Shown here: piece after piece, positions 58,772 to 64,000 of the stretch
Numbering within the stretch: the first letter of the stretch is position 1
Layout: each line of letters begins with the position of its first letter
Assembly: GCA_963667725.2 (NCBI GenBank)
Contig: CAXXHO010000004.1
Location: 32,001-96,000 of the forward strand
Direction of reading: 5' to 3'
From: Treponemataceae bacterium
Lineage (GTDB): Bacteria > Spirochaetota > Spirochaetia > Treponematales > Rectinemataceae
DNA: 64,000 nucleotides
Translations under genes and position numbers: made by a program
The notes under the pieces: model-generated
What the model saw: only the letters and a program-made list of their open reading frames with translations
Told to the model about the DNA's origin: nothing
The model's database searches: none

Positions 58772-59281
58772 TTACTTGCCGCCCTTCCCGCCCTTTTCGG
58801 GTTTCTCCCCCTTGCCCTGCTTTTCCTCGCGCTCTTGCTTCCGCTCACGGGCTTCCTTGCCGATCTTGTCGCCGCGCTCGACGATTTTGCCCTTTAGGGC
58901 GAAGAACTCGTCCGAACCGGGCTTTACGCCGAGGACCTGGGCGAGGACGCCCCAGCCGTGGCCTTCGGTGCCTTCGGCGAGGGCGACCGCGTCGGCGAGG
59001 GGCATGGCGGTTTTCGCCGAGATCTCGAGAGCCAGCCAGAGCTCGCCGGGCGTGGCGCCCGAGTCGTAGTAGGCCTGGAGCACCGCCTGATCGACGGCGA
59101 ACTCCTCGGCGAGCATCGCCAGGATGGCGGCGGGGTCGCCCTCGGCGGCCTGGTCGAGTTCCTCCAGAGTCTCCTTGAGGTCTTCGTCGGCTTGTTGCTC
59201 TTGCGCCATGGCGGCCTGCGCCGCACCGAAAAGCAGGGCGAGTACTGCGAGCGTCACGATCCATTTTTTGATTGTGTTCAT
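58772..59281 (-). CDS. exported hypothetical protein
   Basis: Signal peptide, GHGWG.LAQ.LGVKPGS.EF.ALK motif, Lys/Gly tail; GGAGG SD. Confidence 0.7.
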   Translation of the reverse strand: MNTIKKWIVTLAVLALLFGAAQAAMAQEQQADEDLKETLEELDQAAEGDPAAILAMLAEEFAVDQAVLQAYYDSGATPGELWLALEISAKTAMPLADAVALAEGTEGHGWGVLAQVLGVKPGSDEFFALKGKIVERGDKIGKEARERKQEREEKQGKGEKPEKGGKGGK

Positions 59282-59324
59282 CTGGTACCTCCGTTGCTCC
59301 CTTTTTCGGGAAGCTACGCCCAGG

Positions 59325-59352
59325 GATACGCCGCGGTCCGGCGATCGGTTGC
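59325..59352 (-). promoter_or_regulatory. ECF sigma-type promoter
   Basis: GCAACC-N16-CGTATC upstream of 59281. Confidence 0.6.
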
Positions 59353-59391
59353 AGGGTGGCCAAAGCGTCGGGCGCCTGGTATATTTCAGGA

Positions 59392-59973
59392 ATGAAGGGC
59401 GATCAGGCTGACGACGACGCGGTGGCGCGAGTGCTCTCGGGGGACCGGGACGCATTCCGCTCGCTCGTGGACCGCTATGGGCAGCGGATCATCGCCTTCT
59501 GCGGCTCTCGCTTGCGCTCGGAGGACGAGGCGCGCGACGCCGCGCAGGAAGTCTTCGTCCGCGCTTACCGCTCGCTCGGCACGTTCCGCCGGGGCGAGAG
59601 TTTCCCCGCCTGGCTTTTCGCCATCGCCGCCAATCAGCTCCGCACGCGGTTCCGCGTCTTCGCCTCAGACCGGCACAAGGTGGAGGCGGCGGGCTCCGAG
59701 GCCGCCGCGGCGGCGTCCGCCGATCCTGCGGAGGAGGCTGCCGACGCCATCAGGGCGCAGGCGCTCAGGAGGGCGGTGGCCGCACTGCCCCGCGACCAGC
59801 GCCTGCCGGTGGAGCTCTACTATTTCGGCGAGCTGTCGGTGGCCGAAGTCGCCCGCGCCCTGGGCCTGGGCGAGGAGGCGGTGAAGACGCGGCTGTTCCG
59901 CGCGCGCAAGGCGCTGCGGATCGCGTTGGAAGGAAAGCAACCCCGCGAGGGTTCCCGAGGTATACAGAAATGA
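59392..59973 (+). CDS. ECF RNA polymerase sigma factor
   Basis: GD.DAF..LV.RY, DAAQEVF, F.AWLF.IA.N, VKTRLFRARKAL. Confidence 0.9.
   Translation: MKGDQADDDAVARVLSGDRDAFRSLVDRYGQRIIAFCGSRLRSEDEARDAAQEVFVRAYRSLGTFRRGESFPAWLFAIAANQLRTRFRVFASDRHKVEAAGSEAAAAASADPAEEAADAIRAQALRRAVAALPRDQRLPVELYYFGELSVAEVARALGLGEEAVKTRLFRARKALRIALEGKQPREGSRGIQK
59937..59964 (+). promoter_or_regulatory. ECF sigma-type promoter inside the sigma gene 3' end
   Basis: GCAACC-N16-GGTATA, 5 nt before the anti-sigma ATG. Confidence 0.5.
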
Positions 59974-60611
59974 TGAACTGTGATAACACGCGCGCCTTGG
60001 TCGACGAATGGGAAGCCGGCACGGCGCCCTCCCGCGGCCCGGAGGAATTGGCGGCCCACCTCGCTTCCTGCGCCGACTGCGACGAACGCTTTGGCGCTCT
60101 TCTGCCCTTAGTGGAGCGCGACTGCCGCGAAGCGATGGGGTCCGAGTCCAGCGAGTGCCCGGGGGCTGACCCCTGTCTTGGCGACGCGGTCATGGCTTCC
60201 CTCGATGCGCCGAGGCGGGGGCTTTCGCCCTTCGCGCCCGCGGCGCGGATTCATGCCGTATCCACGCATCTTCTGGCGGCGGCCGCCGCGGCGATCTTCG
60301 TCCTGGGATTGGGCCTGGGCATCTATTTCGCCCGTCAGGGGAGCAGCACGGTGACGGTGAGCTTCGCCCTGCAGGCGCCCCAGGCATCGACGGTCTCGCT
60401 GGCGGGCGACTTCAACGGCTGGTCGGGCGAGGGTTACCAGCTGCGCCGCGTGGGCAGGTCGGGCACCTGGGAGATCAAGGTGCCGCTCAAGCGGGGCAAG
60501 GCCTATGTGTACAATTTCGTGATCGACGGCAAAGTATGGATCGCCGACCCTGCCGTGCCGGCCAAGATCGACGACGGTTTCGGAGGCTCCGGCAGCCTCC
60601 TGAGGCTCTAG
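59970..60611 (+). CDS. ZAS anti-sigma factor with TM helix and C-terminal CBM48/glycogen-binding-like domain
   Basis: HLASCADC, TM helix, VSLAGDFNGW, Y.YNFVIDG..W..DP, DGFGG. Confidence 0.8.
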   Translation: MMNCDNTRALVDEWEAGTAPSRGPEELAAHLASCADCDERFGALLPLVERDCREAMGSESSECPGADPCLGDAVMASLDAPRRGLSPFAPAARIHAVSTHLLAAAAAAIFVLGLGLGIYFARQGSSTVTVSFALQAPQASTVSLAGDFNGWSGEGYQLRRVGRSGTWEIKVPLKRGKAYVYNFVIDGKVWIADPAVPAKIDDGFGGSGSLLRL

Positions 60612-60613
60612 CC

Positions 60614-61402
60614 ATGCGCGCCACTACGCTGAGCAGGGCGGCATTCCGTCTCGCGGCGGCGCTGCTGTTGGCGGCGGCCTTCCCTTCGTTCGTCGCGGCC
60701 CAGAATCTGGCGGCCTGGTTCGCCGCGCCGGCGAACCAGGCCGCGTACGGTGCCCTGGCCGCTGAGGCTCAGCAGCTGGCGGCGGCCCTCTCCCAGGCCG
60801 GACTCTCGGACAGCCTCCTGGCCGATCGCTTAGTCGAAGCGGCCAAAAAACGCGTAGCCCCGGCGACGTTAGCCGCCACCTTGCGCGAGGACACCCAGCG
60901 CTGCCTGGCGGTGGCCGCCTCGCTCAGAGGCCTCGGGCTCCTACCCTCGGACCCAAAAAAAGCCTCGGCGTCCGTCGAGCAGGCATCCCTCATCCTCCGC
61001 GCGGGCATCTCGGAGCAAGCCCTCCGGGCCGCCTTTGCGGCCGCCGCGGACAAGCTCGGCGCGAACCAGGCCGCCGTGGACCGGGCGCTGGCCGCCCTCT
61101 CCGTGGTCGCCACGCTCGAGGCCGAGTACCGCCTCTCCGATGCCGAGGTTCTCGCCCTGGCGACGGGGCTGGTCGACTGCGATCTCTCCAACGGCAAGCT
61201 CAATTCCCTGGTGGCCGCGATCAAGTCCGCGGTCAAGAAAGGCCTATCCGTCTCCCAGGCGATCGACGATTCCCTGGCCAAGGTCACCAAGGGCAAATCC
61301 TCCAACGCCAACACCGAAAAGTCGAACAATGCCGACAAGGAAAAGAAGTCCAAGGAGAACAACGGCAAGGGGAGCGGCTCGAAGAAGGGGCTGAGCGGGT
61401 AG
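60614..61402 (+). CDS. exported hypothetical protein
   Basis: Signal peptide, Ala-rich body, Lys/Asn-rich tail; directly follows the anti-sigma gene. Confidence 0.65.
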   Translation: MRATTLSRAAFRLAAALLLAAAFPSFVAAQNLAAWFAAPANQAAYGALAAEAQQLAAALSQAGLSDSLLADRLVEAAKKRVAPATLAATLREDTQRCLAVAASLRGLGLLPSDPKKASASVEQASLILRAGISEQALRAAFAAAADKLGANQAAVDRALAALSVVATLEAEYRLSDAEVLALATGLVDCDLSNGKLNSLVAAIKSAVKKGLSVSQAIDDSLAKVTKGKSSNANTEKSNNADKEKKSKENNGKGSGSKKGLSG

Positions 61403-61416
61403 GCTTTGCCGTTGAC

Positions 61417-62565
61417 TTAGGCTCCAGCATCCAATAGCTGGGCAACGAGGGCATCGAGCGGGCAAAAAACAACGCGGAGATTGCCAATTTCCCGTTCGTA
61501 GGACCGATGCAGATCCGCCGCGACCACGTAATTGCGCCCCTGCGGATGAAGGGCTCTGAAGGCTCGAATGCCGTTAGGCTCGAATGCGTCGGCGGACCAT
61601 TTTACCTCTATCGCGCTGGGCGCTGTTCCGCGCGGCGCCCAAACAAAGTCGACTTCATGCCCTTCCTTGTCGCGCCAGGTGAACGGCGCGCTGTCCTGAA
61701 GTCCCGCGTTCATTTCGTTCAAGACGAGGTGTTCCCAGAAAAAGCCTTTTTCCTTTGCCGGAATCTCATGCAGCCCCTGCGCCCAGGCAATGAACCCTGT
61801 ATCGAAGCCATAGACGCGCGGTGTGGCCGTGATTTCCCTGGCGTTCCCCCCATGATAGGGACGCACGACGTGTACGAGATGCGTTGCTTCTAATATCCCG
61901 AGATAATTTATAATAGTGGTGCGGCTTACGCCGCATGAGGCCGCGAACGCGGTGGCGTTGAATTGCCCTCCGCTCTGCGCCAGAAGCAGTTCAGCGAATT
62001 TCAGGAACGAGGCGCGGCGCTCCAAGCGAAACAATTCGAGAATATCGCGCGCCCAGAATGCTTCTATCCATTCCGAATACTCTCTGTCATCGCGCGCTTC
62101 GGCAAGGAAGAATCCAGGCAAGCCGCCGTTCAGGAACCGTCTTGAACGATCGCCGTATCCCGGGAACGCGGTATCGTTTTCGCAGAGCGGGGTGAGCCTG
62201 AGTTCCAGCTTTCTGCCCGCCAAGGTATCTTTGAACTTTGCTGATGCGCCTAAGGTCGACGACCCTGTCGCTACAATGCGGATTTCCGGGAAATGGTCGG
62301 CGGCAATTTTAAGGAGGAGCGCGGGGTCGGCGAGCCGATGGATTTCGTCGAGCGCGAGGATTCCGCTCCCGATAGCTTTGAGGAATGCTTCAGGATCCTC
62401 AATCTCCCTTCGCACTGAAGGCAACTCGCAATCAAAGTAGCGGATTCCCTCCAAATTCTTGCAGAGAACGGTCTTTCCCACCCTACGGACGCCTGACAGC
62501 CAGACGATCGGACGCTTTTCCCATAGCGATCGGATTCTTGCTTCCCACCATTGCCTTTGTATCAT
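61417..62565 (-). CDS. AAA_14/DUF4143 ATPase
   Basis: GVRRVGKT, LDEIH, TGSS, LAGRK, EVDF..AIEVK. Confidence 0.9.
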   Translation of the reverse strand: MIQRQWWEARIRSLWEKRPIVWLSGVRRVGKTVLCKNLEGIRYFDCELPSVRREIEDPEAFLKAIGSGILALDEIHRLADPALLLKIAADHFPEIRIVATGSSTLGASAKFKDTLAGRKLELRLTPLCENDTAFPGYGDRSRRFLNGGLPGFFLAEARDDREYSEWIEAFWARDILELFRLERRASFLKFAELLLAQSGGQFNATAFAASCGVSRTTIINYLGILEATHLVHVVRPYHGGNAREITATPRVYGFDTGFIAWAQGLHEIPAKEKGFFWEHLVLNEMNAGLQDSAPFTWRDKEGHEVDFVWAPRGTAPSAIEVKWSADAFEPNGIRAFRALHPQGRNYVVAADLHRSYEREIGNLRVVFCPLDALVAQLLDAGA

Positions 62566-62571
62566 ACAGGA

Positions 62572-62620
62572 AGCTTAATGCAGTCTATGACCAAACGCAA
62601 GTCTACTTGCGTTTGGTCAT
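62572..62620 (-). promoter_or_regulatory. leaderless promoter overlapped by a perfect 16-bp inverted repeat
   Basis: TTGCGT-17-TAAGCT-6-ATG; IR ATGACCAAACGCAAGT-CT-ACTTGCGTTTGGTCAT (62587-62620). Confidence 0.6.
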
Positions 62621-62657
62621 GACGAAACGAAAATAGACTTACTTTTTTAGCGGTCGA

Positions 62658-62707
62658 TCCTGACAGTCCTGCCATCCTGTCCAAAAGTCAAAATTGAGGT
62701 CTGCCCC
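62658..62707 (+). repeat. repeat A right-arm remnant plus degenerate repeat B
   Basis: TCCTGACAGTCCTGCCATCCTGTC-C-AAAAGTCAAAATTGAGGTCTGCCCC. Confidence 0.7.
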
Positions 62708-62889
62708 CAGGTTGAATAAAGTCAGCCAATGCGCTATATTACAATAAATTCATCGAACGGCGCTGCATGAATCGAATTTGTAACATTTTCGAACGCCGTT
62801 TTACTGAGCTAGCCCTCCGCCGCCACCGTGCGGCCTCAGCCTTGATTGACCAGATTCATGCTGTTCAAGCAAACCACTAGGATTCTCAC

Positions 62890-64000
62890 TTGAATTTCTC
62901 CTCATTCGGATTCGACCAGCGGATAGCCGCCGCCATTGCCGCGGCTGGCTACGAAACCCCCACGCCCATCCAGGAAAAGACGATTCCCGCCACGTTGGCG
63001 GGCAAGGACGTGCTGGGCCTTGCCCAGACGGGCACCGGCAAGACGGCGGCCTTCGCGCTGCCGATCTTCCAGCGGCTATTGGGCGGCGAGCGCTGCGTGA
63101 TCCGCGCCCTCGTCATTTCCCCCACGCGGGAGCTGGCCGAGCAGACGCACCAGGCTTTCGAGATGCTGGGCAAGGACACGGGCTTCCGCAGCATGAGCAT
63201 GTACGGCGGCGTTACAGTCAAGTCGCAGGTTAAGACGCTCAAGGGGCGCATGCCCGAGATCATCGTGGCCTGCCCGGGTCGCCTCCTGGACCTGATGGGC
63301 CAGGGCTATGTCGACCTGCGCTCGGTCGAGACGCTGGTGCTGGACGAGGCCGACCAGATGTTCGACATGGGCTTCATGCCCTCGATCAAGAAGATCATCG
63401 CAGCCCTGCCCCGCGCGCATCAGACCCTGCTCTTTTCCGCCACCCTCCCCCAGGAGATCCGCACGCTGGCCAAGCAGTACCAGCGCGATCCGGTCCGCGT
63501 CGAGATCGGCAATTCCAAGCCGGTGGAGACGGTGAGCCACTACGTGAGCTCGATGGGCCAGAACGACAAGTACGAGGCCTTGCGCTCCGTGCTGGTGGAC
63601 GACTGGGGTTCGAACGGCCCCGGCGGGCAGACGCTGGTCTTCACGCGCACGAAGCACCGGGCCAAGCGGCTCGCGCAGCAGCTCGCCAATTCGGGCTTCG
63701 CGGCCACGTCCCTGCAGGGCAACCTTTCCCAGGGCCAGCGCGAGAAGGCCATGGCGAATTTCCGCTCCGGCCGCGCCGCGATCATGGTGGCGACCGACAT
63801 CGCCGCCCGCGGCATCGATATCACCAAGATTTCCCGCGTGATCAACTTCGATATTCCCGACACCCCCGAGGCCTATACGCACCGCATCGGCCGCACGGGG
63901 CGCATGGAGCGCAAGGGCGTTGCCCTGACCTTCGTGACGCCCGAGGATTCGTCCGTGCTGCGCCAGATCGAGCGCTTTATCGGCGCTCCGATCGAGCGAA
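62890..64000 (+). CDS. DEAD-box RNA helicase (RhlE-like), 3' partial
   Basis: TTG start after AGGA; PTPIQ, AQTGTGKT, PTRELA, DEAD, SAT, TDIAARGID, HRIGRTGR. Confidence 0.95.
   Translation, partial: MNFSSFGFDQRIAAAIAAAGYETPTPIQEKTIPATLAGKDVLGLAQTGTGKTAAFALPIFQRLLGGERCVIRALVISPTRELAEQTHQAFEMLGKDTGFRSMSMYGGVTVKSQVKTLKGRMPEIIVACPGRLLDLMGQGYVDLRSVETLVLDEADQMFDMGFMPSIKKIIAALPRAHQTLLFSATLPQEIRTLAKQYQRDPVRVEIGNSKPVETVSHYVSSMGQNDKYEALRSVLVDDWGSNGPGGQTLVFTRTKHRAKRLAQQLANSGFAATSLQGNLSQGQREKAMANFRSGRAAIMVATDIAARGIDITKISRVINFDIPDTPEAYTHRIGRTGRMERKGVALTFVTPEDSSVLRQIERFIGAPIER

Noticed and set aside
63076..63882. 268-aa minus-strand ORF
   Set aside because: Antisense to the clear DEAD-box helicase

Overview
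Bacterial chromosomal window with two compositionally distinct halves; the host may be a high-GC spirochaete, but that is inference only. (1) About 3.3-30.2 kb is an AT-rich, minus-strand surface-polysaccharide locus: fnlABC (L-FucNAc), a legionaminic-acid-type nonulosonate pathway with extra tailoring enzymes, wzx/wzy and glycosyltransferases. It is interspersed with and flanked by IS elements: IS1634 nested in IS5, IS66, IS200, an IS5-derived MITE and IS630. (2) About 31-64 kb is GC-rich. Its most striking feature is 33.2-45.7 kb, where 11 same-orientation copies of a 120-185 bp imperfect-palindromic repeat (repeat A, GACAGGA...TCCTGTC; one copy is a half element) separate 10 intervals that each hold exactly one gene. 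The cargo is four intact AAA_14/DUF4143 ATPase-nucleases plus one decayed copy, two pRiA4b ORF3-like genes, a DUF1566-like lipoprotein, an orphan HicB and a GxxExxY nuclease. Repeat A has no target duplications, is predicted to fold preferentially on one strand, shows arm swapping between copies, and supplies the C-terminus and stop codon of seven neighbouring genes. A second palindrome (repeat B, GGGGTCWGACCCC) often abuts it. This looks like an integron-analogous but non-attC cassette system, with the GxxExxY protein as a candidate mobiliser (hypothesis). Downstream are a CocE hydrolase with a peptide ABC transporter, a two-component system, a MASE3-GGDEF gene, an ECF sigma/anti-sigma module, another AAA gene and a partial DEAD-box helicase. 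Many genes appear leaderless. No rRNA, tRNA or CRISPR array was seen.
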